From Bacillota bacterium (GTDB lineage: Bacteria; Bacillota; Desulfotomaculia; Desulfotomaculales; Nap2-2B): a stretch of 64,000 nt of DNA. The notes beneath the pieces are model-generated. The model was not told the DNA's origin. It saw only the letters and a list, made by a program, of their open reading frames with translations, and did not search any database. The stretch is taken from NCBI GenBank assembly GCA_040755975.1, contig JBFLZY010000005.1:3526-67525 (forward strand), written 5' to 3'. The position numbers were made by a program, and so were the translations under genes. Numbering within the stretch: the first letter of the stretch is position 1; every line of letters starts with the position of its first letter. Shown here piece by piece: positions 25,927 through 36,134 of the stretch.

Positions 25927-26020
25927 GCTTCCCAGCCACAATGGCACAAAGTTAATCTTCCCGGTACATTTCTCTTTGTGCCTCTGTGCCTTTGCGCCTT
26001 CGTGCCTTTATTTATGGCTT
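25927..26020. repeat. palindromic element with GGCACAAA 8-nt units immediately 3' of carB
   Basis: Left arm is GGCACAAAGCTTCCCAGCCACAATGGCACAAAG. The right arm, reverse-complemented, reads GGCACGAAGGCGCAAAGGCACAGAGGCACAAAGAGA. Confidence 0.6.
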
Positions 26021-26030
26021 TACGGACTGC

Positions 26031-29000
26031 TCAGGATATTTCCTGCAGGGGGATCAATTCGATCGGATCGCCCTCCTTGATGGCCGTCAACACCTCCAGA
26101 ATGGCCCGGGCGGTGTCCAGCGAAGTCAGGCAGGGGACCCCGTGCTCCACGGCCGCCCGGCGGATGCGGAAACCGTCGCGCTCGGGCATTTTTCCCCTGG
26201 TAAGCGTATTAATTACCAGATTGATTTTCCCGCTGCGGATTAAATCCACGATGTTCGGTGAACCTTCCCGCACCTTTTTTACCCGCTCCACCGGCAGCCC
26301 GGCCCGGCGCAAGAAATCAGCCGTTCCCGCGGTAGCGCAGAGCCGGTAGCCCAAACCGGCCAGGCCCTGGATGACCGGCAACGCTTCATCTTTGTCCTTG
26401 TCGGCGATGGTGGCCAGAACGGTGCCGTTTTTGGGAACGGCGTACCCGGCCGCCACCAGCGATTTGTAAAGAGCTACCGGGTAACTCCGGTTGATTCCCA
26501 TTACCTCCCCGGTAGACTTCATTTCCGGCCCCAGGGTTACGTCCACCTGGAGCAGCTTGGCAAAGCTGAAGACGGGCGCCTTTACGCCGATCAGGGATCC
26601 CTCGGGATAGAGGCCTCCCCGGTAGCCCATTTCTTTCAAAGTGCGCCCCAGGATTACTTTCGTGGCCAGGTTGACCATCGGAATGCCCGTGATTTTGCTC
26701 ATGTACGGCACGGTCCGGCTGGCGCGCGGGTTGACTTCCAGCACATAAACCTTTCCGTTATGCAAAACGTACTGGATGTTAATCATCCCGCGGACGTTTA
26801 AAGCCAGAGCCAGGCGCGTGGTATAATCCACGATTCGCCGTTTAACGGCATCATCCAGGGAGGAAACAGGGTAAGCCGCAATGCTGTCCCCGGAATGAAC
26901 GCCCGCGCGCTCCACGTGCTTCATGATCCCCGGGATAAACACCGTTTCCCCATCCGCAATGGCGTCTACCTCCAGCTCCTCACCCTGCAGATATTTATCC
27001 ACCAGCACGGGATGTTCGGGGGTTACTTTCACGGCGCTGGCCATGTAGTTGAGCAACTCCTCGTTGTTGTCGACTATTTCCATGGCCCGCCCGCCCAGCA
27101 CGTAAGAAGGCCTGACCAGAACGGGAAAGCCGATTTGGGCGGCAATGGCGGTGGCTTCCGCGACGGAAAAGGCCGCTTTCCCCGGAGGCTTGGGAATATC
27201 CAGTTCAATGAGCAACTGATCAAAACGCTCCCTGTCCTCCGCGCGGTCGATATCCTCAACGGAAGTGCCAAGAATATTGACTCCCAAGCGGGCCAGGGGC
27301 CAGGCCAGGTTGATCGCCGTTTGCCCGCCGAACTGCACGATCACCCCTTCCGGCCTTTCTTTCTCCAGAACGCCGAGCACGTCCTCGACGGTCAAAGGCT
27401 CGAAGTAGAGGCGGTCGGCGGTGTCAAAGTCGGTACTCACCGTTTCCGGGTTGTTGTTGACGATGATGGCTTCCACCCCCTCCTGGCGCAGGGCCCAGAC
27501 GGAATGCACCGAGCAGTAATCAAATTCAATACCCTGGCCGATGCGAATGGGTCCGGCGCCCAGCACCACTACCTTCTTGTTCGGGGTGGGGGGAGCTTCG
27601 TCTTCGGAATCGTAACAGGAATAATAATACGGGGTGACGGCTTCAAACTCGGCCGCGCAGGTATCGACCATTTTATAAACGGGACGGATCCCGTGCCGGC
27701 GGCGCAGCGTCCGTACTTCCTCCTCGCCGGTTCCCGCCGCCTGGGCCAGATACGCGTCGGCAAAACCCATTTTCTTCGCTATTCCCAGCAGTTCGGCAGT
27801 CAAGAGCGCTTTACCATGCTTGCGGATCTTTACTTCCAGGTCGACTATATTCCTTATCTTGTCCAGGAAGAAAAGATCGATTTTGGTCAACCGGTGGATG
27901 TGCGAAACCAGCATCCCCCGCCGCAGCGCCTCGGCGATTATAAAAATGCGCGTATCGTCAGCGCGGATCAGCTTTTCCTCGATCTCTTCATCGGTTAACC
28001 TGGCGAGATCCGGCCAGTCAAGACCTTTTAAGCCGGTTTCCAGGGAACGTACTGCCTTCAGCAGCGCCCCCTCCAAAGTGCGGTCGATGGCCATCACCTC
28101 GCCGGTGGCTTTCATCTGGGTGCCCAGCTTCCGGTCGGCCAGGGTAAATTTGTCGAAGGGCCAGCGGGGAAACTTAACCACCACGTAGTCTATGGAAGGC
28201 TCAAAACAGGCGTAGGTTTTGCCGGTGACGACGTTTCTAATTTCGTCCAGGTTTAAGCCGATGGCGATTTTGCTGGCCACTTTGGCAATCGGGTAGCCGG
28301 TGGCCTTGGAAGCCAGGGCCGAAGAACGGGATACGCGGGGGTTTACCTCGATCACATAGTACCGGTTGCTGTCCGGATCCAGGGCAAACTGGATGTTGCA
28401 GCCCCCTTCCACGCCCAGCGCCCGGATAATTTTCAGCGCTGCGGTGCGCAGCATCTGGTAGTCGTGATCGCTTAAAGTTTGCACCGGGGCGACGACAATG
28501 CTGTCCCCTGTATGAATGCCCATCGGATCGATGTTCTCCATGCTGCAGACAGTGATGCAGTTGTCGGCGCCGTCCCGCATTACTTCAAACTCGATTTCTT
28601 TCCACCCGACCACGCTTTTTTCAATCAACGCCTGGTTGATGATGCTCGCCCGCAAGCCTCTTGTGGCCACGGCGATTAACTCATCGAGGCTATAAACCAT
28701 GCCTCCGCCCGTGCCGCCCAGCGTGTAAGCCGGACGAACCACCAGCGGAAAGCCGGTTTCTTTGGCGAATGCCACAGCCTCTTCCACACTCTGGACAATG
28801 GTGCTGGCCGGAACCGGTTCACCGATTCTTTCCATGGTGGCTTTAAACTCTTCGCGATCTTCCGCCCTTTTGATCGCTTCCAGGGGAGTACCCAGCAGCC
28901 TTACTCCTGCAGCCTCCAGTACCCCCCCTTCGGCCAGCTGCAGGGCCATGTTCAACCCTACCTGTCCGCCCAAAGTGGGCAGCAGGCCGTCCGGCTTTTC

Positions 29001-29252
29001 CTTTCTGATTACCGCGGCAACAAACTCGATAGTCAAGGGTTCAATGTAAATCCGGTCGGCCATGTTGGTATCGGTCATGATGGTGGCCGGATTGCTGTTG
29101 ATCAGCACCACCTTCAGACCTTCTTCGCGCAAAGCGCGGCAGGCCTGGGTCCCGGCGTAATCAAACTCCGCCGCCTGGCCGATAATAATCGGACCCGAGC
29201 CAATTACCATTACCTTGCGGAGATCTTTTTTGATTGGCATTTCTTGTGTCAC
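26031..29252 (-). CDS. carB: carbamoyl-phosphate synthase large subunit
   Basis: 1073 aa with duplicated ATP-grasp halves ([19 protein letters not shown] / [19 protein letters not shown]) and a C-terminal MGS-like domain. Confidence 0.95.
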   Translation of the reverse strand: MTQEMPIKKDLRKVMVIGSGPIIIGQAAEFDYAGTQACRALREEGLKVVLINSNPATIMTDTNMADRIYIEPLTIEFVAAVIRKEKPDGLLPTLGGQVGLNMALQLAEGGVLEAAGVRLLGTPLEAIKRAEDREEFKATMERIGEPVPASTIVQSVEEAVAFAKETGFPLVVRPAYTLGGTGGGMVYSLDELIAVATRGLRASIINQALIEKSVVGWKEIEFEVMRDGADNCITVCSMENIDPMGIHTGDSIVVAPVQTLSDHDYQMLRTAALKIIRALGVEGGCNIQFALDPDSNRYYVIEVNPRVSRSSALASKATGYPIAKVASKIAIGLNLDEIRNVVTGKTYACFEPSIDYVVVKFPRWPFDKFTLADRKLGTQMKATGEVMAIDRTLEGALLKAVRSLETGLKGLDWPDLARLTDEEIEEKLIRADDTRIFIIAEALRRGMLVSHIHRLTKIDLFFLDKIRNIVDLEVKIRKHGKALLTAELLGIAKKMGFADAYLAQAAGTGEEEVRTLRRRHGIRPVYKMVDTCAAEFEAVTPYYYSCYDSEDEAPPTPNKKVVVLGAGPIRIGQGIEFDYCSVHSVWALRQEGVEAIIVNNNPETVSTDFDTADRLYFEPLTVEDVLGVLEKERPEGVIVQFGGQTAINLAWPLARLGVNILGTSVEDIDRAEDRERFDQLLIELDIPKPPGKAAFSVAEATAIAAQIGFPVLVRPSYVLGGRAMEIVDNNEELLNYMASAVKVTPEHPVLVDKYLQGEELEVDAIADGETVFIPGIMKHVERAGVHSGDSIAAYPVSSLDDAVKRRIVDYTTRLALALNVRGMINIQYVLHNGKVYVLEVNPRASRTVPYMSKITGIPMVNLATKVILGRTLKEMGYRGGLYPEGSLIGVKAPVFSFAKLLQVDVTLGPEMKSTGEVMGINRSYPVALYKSLVAAGYAVPKNGTVLATIADKDKDEALPVIQGLAGLGYRLCATAGTADFLRRAGLPVERVKKVREGSPNIVDLIRSGKINLVINTLTRGKMPERDGFRIRRAAVEHGVPCLTSLDTARAILEVLTAIKEGDPIELIPLQEIS

Positions 29253-29324
29253 TTTCCTCCCCAGAAAATAGCTTAACTTCAGCCATCGGGCTGGAATCGT
29301 CCGGCTCGCTCCGACGATACCAAG

Positions 29325-30404
29325 TCATCCCTGCCCAACTCCCATGAGCTCCATGAACCGGTCGAACAGGTAAGCGGACTCTTGCGGCCCGGGGGATGCC
29401 TCCGGGTGGTACTGCACAGAAAAAACCGGCAGGTGCCGGTGCCGGATTCCTTCGACGGTGTGATCATTTAAATTCCGGTGCGAAACAAATACCGGCAACT
29501 CCCTTAAGGACTCTTCGTCTACTGAAAAACCGTGGTTGTGGGAAGTTATGTATACCTTTCCGGTTTCCAGATCCTTCACGGGGTGGTTGGCGCCCCGGTG
29601 GCCGAATTTCATTTTATAGGTTTTGGCGCCCAGGGCCAGTGCAATTACCTGGTGCCCCAAACAAATACCGAATATGGGCAGGCACCCGATTAACTCCCTG
29701 GTCGTCGCGATGGTCGCGGGCACGTCCACCGGGTCCCCCGGCCCGTTGGAAATCAAAATTCCCTGGGGATTGAGCGAAATTATTTCGCGGGGAGGGGTTT
29801 TAGGCGGCACCACGACCACTGCGCAGTCTCTTTTCTGCAGATGGCGGATTATATTCAATTTCGAACCCAGGTCAATCAAGACTACCCGGGGGCCGTTTCC
29901 TTCTAAAACGTAAATTTCTTTGGTCGCCGCTTCGGGAACCAGTTCCTGGCCGGTCAGGTGAGGGGAGTTCCGGGCTTTTTCGACCAGTTTCTGCGGATCG
30001 GCCGCCAGCGTGCTGATTACGCCGCGCATGGTCCCAAAATTACGCAGATGACGGGTTAAGGCGCGCGTGTCCACACCGGAGAGACCGATCACCCCTTCCC
30101 GGGCCAAAAAGTCGGCCAGGCGGTAGCTGGCCCGCCAGTTGCTGGGCCGGGCGCACTCCTCGTGGACGACAAAGCCGCGCACGTAGGATTTTTTCGCTTC
30201 AAAATCCTCCCGGTTAATCCCGTAGTTGCCGATGAGCGGGTAGGTCATGACGACTATTTGCCCGCAGTAGGAGGGATCGGTAAGGATTTCCTGGTAACCG
30301 GTCATCCCGGTGTTGAAGACCACTTCGCCCCATTGTTCCCCGGTGGCGCCAAAAGCGCGGCCTTGAAAGATGGTACCGTCCTCCAGGGCTAGGGTTGCCT
30401 GCAT
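29325..30404 (-). CDS. carA: carbamoyl-phosphate synthase small (glutaminase) subunit
   Basis: ATG at 30404 lies 8 nt after GGAGGAGG and gives MQATLALEDGTIFQG. GICLGHQ catalytic Cys motif; HRGANHPV. Confidence 0.9.
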   Translation of the reverse strand: MQATLALEDGTIFQGRAFGATGEQWGEVVFNTGMTGYQEILTDPSYCGQIVVMTYPLIGNYGINREDFEAKKSYVRGFVVHEECARPSNWRASYRLADFLAREGVIGLSGVDTRALTRHLRNFGTMRGVISTLAADPQKLVEKARNSPHLTGQELVPEAATKEIYVLEGNGPRVVLIDLGSKLNIIRHLQKRDCAVVVVPPKTPPREIISLNPQGILISNGPGDPVDVPATIATTRELIGCLPIFGICLGHQVIALALGAKTYKMKFGHRGANHPVKDLETGKVYITSHNHGFSVDEESLRELPVFVSHRNLNDHTVEGIRHRHLPVFSVQYHPEASPGPQESAYLFDRFMELMGVGQG

Positions 30405-30466
30405 TAGATACGCCTCCTCCAATCGAAAATAGTTTCTGCCATCATTTCATCTTCATAGAGAGAATA

Positions 30467-31768
30467 CTAGTCCTCACGGGCAACTTCCCGCTGATACACC
30501 ACCCGGCCGCCGACAATGGTCGCCACGGGGAGCCCCTTCAGGCGCCAGCCGGCGAAGGGGGTGTTTCGCCCCAGGCTTTTGAACCGGGCCGGGTCCACGA
30601 CCTCTTCCAGTTCTGGATCGATAATGGTAATATCGGCCGCCGCCCCCACCTCCAGGGTGCCCTTCGGGATGCCCAGGATGCGGGCGGGGTTAACCGTCAT
30701 CTTGGCGACGGCCTCGACCGGGTCGAGAATGCCGGTATGCACCAGCTTCGTCCAGACCAGCCCCACGGCTGTTTCCAGGCCCACCATCCCGAAGGGGGCG
30801 TTGCCGTATTCCACGTCTTTTTCCTCCGGAGTGTGCGGCGCGTGGTCGGTGGCGATCACATCGATGGTGCCGTCCCGCAGCCCCGCGCAAACGGCCTCCA
30901 CGTCAGCGGTGCTGCGCAGGGGCGGGTTTACTTTGGTGTTGGGATCAAAGCCGGCCACCGCCTCATCGGTCAGGGAAAAATGGTGAGGGGTCGCTTCCGC
31001 GGTCACGGGGAGCCCTTTCGCTTTGGCCTGCCGGACCAGTTCCACCGCCCCGGCCGTGCTGACGTGGGCGATGTGCAACCGGCAGCCGGTCGCCTCGGCC
31101 AAAATAATATCCCGGGCTACCATTACTGTTTCGGCCGCCGCCGGGATACCTTTCAATCCCAACATTGTGGATAGATAACCTTCGTGAACGAGCCCGCCTG
31201 CCGATAAAGTGATGTCTTCACAATGAGCAACGATGGGCAAACCCACCATCGCGGCGTACTGCATCGCCCGGTACATTACTCCGGAATCGGCCACGCAGCG
31301 GCCGTCGTCGGAAAAAGCCACCGCTCCCGCCTCTTTTAAGTCCGCCATTTCGCAAAGCTCTTTACCGGCGCAACCGGCGGTGATGGCGCCGATTGGAAAA
31401 ACGTTCACCATCCCCAGCTCTTTCGCTTTGCTCCGGATATAATTAATCACCGTTTGGTTATCCGCCACCGGATTGGTGTTGGGCATGCAGGCGATACTGG
31501 TGAACCCCCCGCAGGCCGCGGCGCGCGTACCCGATTCAATAGTTTCTTTGGCCTCAAAGCCGGGGTCTCTTAGATGCACGTGCAGGTCAATAAGCCCGGG
31601 AACGACCAGCTTTCCCGAAGCATCAATGACGTCCCCCCCGTCGCCCACGGCGTCGTCAAGACTCTCACCCAAAGCCGCAATCTTCCCTTCGCCGACCAGC
31701 ACGTCGCCGGAAAACATCCTCCGGGAAACGGGATCAACGATTGTGCCACCCTTGATGAGCAGTCTCAT
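30467..31768 (-). CDS. pyrC: dihydroorotase
   Basis: 433 aa with [10 protein letters not shown] and DHAPH metal-binding motifs. Positioned between pyrB and carA. Confidence 0.9.
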   Translation of the reverse strand: MRLLIKGGTIVDPVSRRMFSGDVLVGEGKIAALGESLDDAVGDGGDVIDASGKLVVPGLIDLHVHLRDPGFEAKETIESGTRAAACGGFTSIACMPNTNPVADNQTVINYIRSKAKELGMVNVFPIGAITAGCAGKELCEMADLKEAGAVAFSDDGRCVADSGVMYRAMQYAAMVGLPIVAHCEDITLSAGGLVHEGYLSTMLGLKGIPAAAETVMVARDIILAEATGCRLHIAHVSTAGAVELVRQAKAKGLPVTAEATPHHFSLTDEAVAGFDPNTKVNPPLRSTADVEAVCAGLRDGTIDVIATDHAPHTPEEKDVEYGNAPFGMVGLETAVGLVWTKLVHTGILDPVEAVAKMTVNPARILGIPKGTLEVGAAADITIIDPELEEVVDPARFKSLGRNTPFAGWRLKGLPVATIVGGRVVYQREVARED

Positions 31769-31771
31769 CGG

Positions 31772-32695
31772 TTAATCTTCCCCTCCGCTAAGCAGGTACA
31801 GAATAGCCATCCGGACCGCTACCCCGTTGGTAACTTGCTCGTTAATTACCGATCGGGCATGTTCGGTTATTTCGGCGCTGATCTCTACCCCCCGGTTAAC
31901 CGGCCCGGGGTGCATGATCAGAGCATCCGGCTTGGCCAGAGACAGCCTTTCGGGAGTCAAACAATAAAGGCGGCTGTATTCCCGTAAACTCGGGAAAAAA
32001 GCCGCCTTTTGCCTTTCCAGCTGGATGCGCAACATCATAACGACGTCCGCTCCTGACAGCGCTTCTTCCATGCTGTGGTGGACACTTACGCCCATCCGTT
32101 CCACATCCTTCGGAATCAAGGTCGCCGGGCCGCAAACCGCCACTTTCGCGCCCATTTTTCGAAAGCCCCAGATATTGGACCGGGCTACCCGGCTATGCAA
32201 AATGTCCCCGACGATGACCACCTTGATCCCCTTTAAGTTGCCTCTTTTTTCTTTAACAGTAAACAGGTCCAGGAGCGCCTGGGTAGGGTGTTCATGGGCG
32301 CCGTCTCCTGCGTTTACCACCGCGGCGGCAATTGTGTTGGCCAGCAAATGCGCCGCCCCGGCCAGCGGGTGGCGGAGCACAACCACGTCTGCCCCGAGAG
32401 CCTCGATGGTGCGGGCGGTATCCTTTAAACTTTCCCCTTTAACGACACTGCTGGCGGAAGCGGAAATATTTATGCAATCGGCGCTTAAGTACTTGGCGGC
32501 CAGTTCGAAGGAAACACGCGTGCGGGTGCTGGGCTCGTAAAAAACGTTGATGACCGTGCGTCCGCGCAAAGCGGGCACCTTTTTAATGGGCCGGGAAAGA
32601 ATTTCCTTCATCCGGGCCGACGTATCCAGGATGAGTTCGATTTCTTCGGTTGTGATCGTCGCCAGTCCCAGCAGATCTTTTCCTTGTGGTCTCAT
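31772..32695 (-). CDS. pyrB: aspartate carbamoyltransferase catalytic subunit
   Basis: ATG at 32695 is preceded by GGAGG and gives [11 protein letters not shown]... Motifs STRTR and HPxQ (EHPTQALLD). The 39 upstream codons of the track ORF look non-coding. Confidence 0.9.
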   Translation of the reverse strand: MRPQGKDLLGLATITTEEIELILDTSARMKEILSRPIKKVPALRGRTVINVFYEPSTRTRVSFELAAKYLSADCINISASASSVVKGESLKDTARTIEALGADVVVLRHPLAGAAHLLANTIAAAVVNAGDGAHEHPTQALLDLFTVKEKRGNLKGIKVVIVGDILHSRVARSNIWGFRKMGAKVAVCGPATLIPKDVERMGVSVHHSMEEALSGADVVMMLRIQLERQKAAFFPSLREYSRLYCLTPERLSLAKPDALIMHPGPVNRGVEISAEITEHARSVINEQVTNGVAVRMAILYLLSGGED

Positions 32696-32830
32696 CGCTA
32701 CCTCCAAAAAACGGTCACCAGCCGTGCCTGCCGTTGCCGTCCGGCGCGGGACGACTGACGGCCGATCCCGCCGGCCCCCCCGCCCGTGACGCTCCTTGCA
32801 AACGAACGGCAAAGCGGGAATTTTCGCACT

Positions 32831-33400
<570 letters not shown>

Positions 33401-33403
33401 TTA

Positions 33404-33437
33404 GCAAAAATGCCTGCTTACACCGGTAAGCAGGCAT
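33404..33437 (-). terminator. pyr leader attenuator terminator
   Basis: Minus-strand RNA AUGCCUGCUUACCGGUGUAAGCAGGCAU followed by UUUUU, about 15 nt before the pyrR ATG. Confidence 0.75.
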
Positions 33438-33467
33438 AGTATAGCCATCCTTTTAGCTTTCCTATGT

Positions 33468-33502
33468 TCCTTACCGGCCTCGCTGGACCGGGTTTAAAGG
33501 AT
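33468..33502 (-). promoter_or_regulatory. PyrR-binding stem-loop (anti-antiterminator)
   Basis: The RNA AUCCUUUAAACCCGGUCCAGCGAGGCCGGUAAGGA contains UCCAGCGAGGC. This is one mismatch from the UCCAGAGAGGC core known from Bacillus pyr leaders. Confidence 0.75.
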
Positions 33503-33515
33503 TTATTTCAGATAA

Positions 33516-33544
33516 AGATTATCAAAAACCGCCCCGGGTGTCAA
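33516..33544 (-). promoter_or_regulatory. sigma-A-type promoter of the pyr operon
   Basis: Minus strand TTGACA (33544-33539), 17-nt spacer, TAATCT (33521-33516). Confidence 0.5.
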
Positions 33545-33566
33545 GGGAATTTTTCTTGAATTTTTC

Positions 33567-33596
33567 TTGACAGAAGCAGTTTTAACAAACTAAAAT
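33567..33596 (+). promoter_or_regulatory. sigma-A-type promoter of the wHTH / radical SAM unit
   Basis: TTGACA (33567-33572), 18-nt spacer, TAAAAT (33591-33596). The -35 box is created by the second copy of a perfect 11-nt tandem duplication AATTTTTCTTG (33548-33569). Confidence 0.5.
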
Positions 33597-33691
33597 TTAT
33601 ATACATAATACATTCTAAATCAAATTAATGTGATGTAGATAACAATTTGGCCTTTGTAGGTATAAAATACAAAGCAGGAGGGAGGGGGAGA

Positions 33692-34387
33692 GTGACTTTA
33701 ACCAGGCGGCGGAAAGAATTTTTGGCCAAAATTATGAAAATATACGCCAGGACTGGTGAACCTGTCCATTACGCAACGGTCGCCCAATCCTTAGGAGTCA
33801 GCAAGTGGACCGCTTACGATGTTCTCCGGGAGTTGGAGAAAGAAGGCCTTTTAATTATGGAATACGCCATCAACCGGGAGGAGCGCTTTCCCGGGCGTTC
33901 ACAGGTTTTATTCCGGCCAACCCCGGTGGCCGTGCGGATGTTAGAAATCGGGCAGGTCGAAAATCTGCCCGGTGAAGATTGGCTGCTGGTTAAAAAACGG
34001 CTGCTGGGCATCCTTGACAACATTAAGAACCTGGATCCCAAAAAAATCATTGATGAATTGCTCGAAGAAATGCATACTATCGAAAAACCGATTACCTACA
34101 GTGCATACACCATCGCCTTGCTGACCGCCTACCTGTCCTCCCTGGGCAACCGGGGAATTCAGCTGATGGAAAGCTACCTCCACCTCGCTCCCAGGCCGGA
34201 ATTAATTCTGAGTCTGTTTGCCGGCACGGTATTGGGGGTGGCCATTAAAAGCATGAAAGAGGCAATGACCGCAAAATTAGCCACAAAAATTGAGATCTTC
34301 CAAAAACACGTTTCCGAATTTAGCAGAAACGAAAGAAAGCTCCTGGTCAGTTTCCTCGGGGAAACCTTGCAACGGGCAACAGTATAA
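33692..34387 (+). CDS. winged-helix DNA-binding protein (MarR/DtxR-like N-terminus) with helical C-terminal domain
   Basis: The GTG at 33692 closely follows GGAGGGAGGGGGAG. YATVAQSLGVSKWTAYDVLRELEKEGLL is a typical wHTH recognition unit. Confidence 0.55.
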   Translation: MTLTRRRKEFLAKIMKIYARTGEPVHYATVAQSLGVSKWTAYDVLRELEKEGLLIMEYAINREERFPGRSQVLFRPTPVAVRMLEIGQVENLPGEDWLLVKKRLLGILDNIKNLDPKKIIDELLEEMHTIEKPITYSAYTIALLTAYLSSLGNRGIQLMESYLHLAPRPELILSLFAGTVLGVAIKSMKEAMTAKLATKIEIFQKHVSEFSRNERKLLVSFLGETLQRATV

Positions 34388-34584
34388 ATTTTTGCATATT
34401 TATTTGGTCTTTTGGGTACGCTGATCGCAACAAAAAATGGTTGCGCAGTAAATCTTGGGAGGTGGGACCAAGATGGATAAATGATCGTTTTATATTAAGT
34501 ATTCAACAGGAAGCACGCGGTACGTGGCGGCATTACCGGAAGGTTTATTTTGCCCATCGAAAAAAACTTCAGGGAGGGAAAATC

Positions 34585-35967
34585 ATGCGCAGGGCACCGT
34601 TTAATCTCTTTCACGCCCGGAACTTCCTGGCCGCACAAATTTTATTCCGCATCATCGCTTACCTGGAGAAAAATCCGGAAGTTAACTTCCCCAGGCTCTT
34701 AGCTATCGCCAGAAAAATAGCTGTTTTACAAAAACACAAGGAACAGGTAGACCGGGTCGCCGCAGTTTACCGGGAGAACCAGGCCATCCGCAGGTACGTT
34801 AACCACCTGCTGACAAACATCCATCCGAATGTGAAAAAACGCCTGGGTCATAACTGGTTCATCAGTGCCATGCTGCTGGGGATTCCTTACCGGCAAAGCC
34901 TGGCTTCCAAAATTGGCGTCCACATCCCCAATTTCATCCTGGTCGATCCAACCAGTGCCTGCAATTTGGGCTGCGCAGGCTGTTGGGCCGGGAAATATTC
35001 CCAGAAGAACGCGCTGAGTTTTGAACGGCTGGACCGTCTTTTTGCGGAAGCAAAAGACCTGGGTATCTATTGGATTGTCTTCTCGGGCGGGGAACCGCTT
35101 TGCTACCCCCACCTGTTTGATTTGCTGGCCAGGCACAACGATATGGCCTTCATGTCCTTTACCAACGGAACACTGATCAACGCGAAGATCGCCGATAAAA
35201 TAATCGCAGTGGGCAACTTTACCCCGGCCATCAGCCTGGAAGGATGGAAAGAGACCACCGACGCCCGCCGGGGAGCCGGAACTTTTGACAAAATAACGCG
35301 GGCCATGGATTTATTGAAAGAAAGAGGAGCGGTTTTCGGGGTATCAATCACCATCACCCGGCATAACGTCGAGGAGGTAACCAGCGACGAATTTATCGAT
35401 TTTCTGGTTGACAAGGGCGCCGTTTACGGCTGGACTTTTCATTACATCCCCATCGGACGCAATCCCGACGTCGATCTAATGGTTACGCCGGAACAGAGGG
35501 CTTACCTGGCCGAACGCATCCCGTACATCAGGACCCACAAGCCGATCCAGATTGCCGACTTCTGGAACGACGGCGAACTGGTGGGAGGCTGCATTTCCGG
35601 GGGACGCAGTTACTTCCATATTACCGCCAGGGGTGACGTGGAACCCTGCGCTTTCGTCCACTTCGCCCTGGATAACATCAACGAGAAAAGCTTGCTGGAA
35701 GTATTGGATTCACCTCTGTTTAAGGCTTTTCAGAAACGGCAACCCTTCCATCCCAACTTGCTGTGCCCCTGCCCGGTTATTGACGTTCCGCAGGCGCTCC
35801 GGGAGATCGTCCGCGAGACCGGCGCCCGCCCCACCCACGAGGGTGCGGAAACCGTCCTGGAAGGAACCATTGCCCGCTTCCTGGACCGCCGCTCCACAGA
35901 ATGGGGCAAGGTGGCCGACGACATCTGGGCGGCGCAGCACGGGACAAAAAAGGCGGAAGGGTTTTAA
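34585..35967 (+). CDS. radical SAM enzyme with N-terminal helical extension and C-terminal Cys motif, 460 aa
   Basis: ATG at 34585 follows AGGGAGGG. CNLGCAGCWAG is the CX3CX2C cluster motif, FSGGEPL is the SAM-binding motif, and the C-terminal Cys residues (CAFVHF ... LLCPCPVID) suggest an auxiliary cluster. Confidence 0.8.
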   Translation: MRRAPFNLFHARNFLAAQILFRIIAYLEKNPEVNFPRLLAIARKIAVLQKHKEQVDRVAAVYRENQAIRRYVNHLLTNIHPNVKKRLGHNWFISAMLLGIPYRQSLASKIGVHIPNFILVDPTSACNLGCAGCWAGKYSQKNALSFERLDRLFAEAKDLGIYWIVFSGGEPLCYPHLFDLLARHNDMAFMSFTNGTLINAKIADKIIAVGNFTPAISLEGWKETTDARRGAGTFDKITRAMDLLKERGAVFGVSITITRHNVEEVTSDEFIDFLVDKGAVYGWTFHYIPIGRNPDVDLMVTPEQRAYLAERIPYIRTHKPIQIADFWNDGELVGGCISGGRSYFHITARGDVEPCAFVHFALDNINEKSLLEVLDSPLFKAFQKRQPFHPNLLCPCPVIDVPQALREIVRETGARPTHEGAETVLEGTIARFLDRRSTEWGKVADDIWAAQHGTKKAEGF

Positions 35968-36008
35968 TGGCACCGGCGGACAAAGAAAACTTGCCAAAGC
36001 AGCGATTC

Positions 36009-36050
36009 AAAAACCGGGGGGCTTCTTTTTAGAGACCCCCCGGTTTTTTC
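36009..36050 (+). terminator. strong rho-independent terminator after the radical SAM gene
   Basis: AAAACCGGGGGG-N14-CCCCCCGGTTTTTT is a perfect GC stem with a T-tract. Confidence 0.85.
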
Positions 36051-36134
36051 ATCAATCCTCAACATTTTTCCCTTGTCTATCCTTCCAGGTTATATTAAAA
36101 TTGTTTCGTAAATATGCCCGCCGGGAGGAAGACC

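Noticed and set aside
26895-27998. 367-aa plus-strand ORF inside carB
   Set aside because: It is antisense to an unambiguous carB reading frame, and its composition is artefactual (RGDGPQH-rich).
30395-31174. 259-aa plus-strand ORF opposite pyrC, and similar ORFs opposite pyrB, pyrR and carA (31574..31987, 32025..32540, 32786..33391)
   Set aside because: They are antisense to conserved pyr genes and carry no recognisable motifs.
32696-32812. N-terminal 39-codon extension of the pyrB ORF (start at 32812)
   Set aside because: The extension is Arg/Gly/Thr-rich with no RBS. The ATG at 32695 has GGAGG and gives the conserved ATCase N-terminus.
32696-32830. Expected second PyrR attenuator between pyrR and pyrB
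   Set aside because: The spacer is GC-rich and ends in UUUUUU before the pyrB RBS. I could not find a UCCAGAGAGGC-like core or a clean terminator stem, so I am not calling it.
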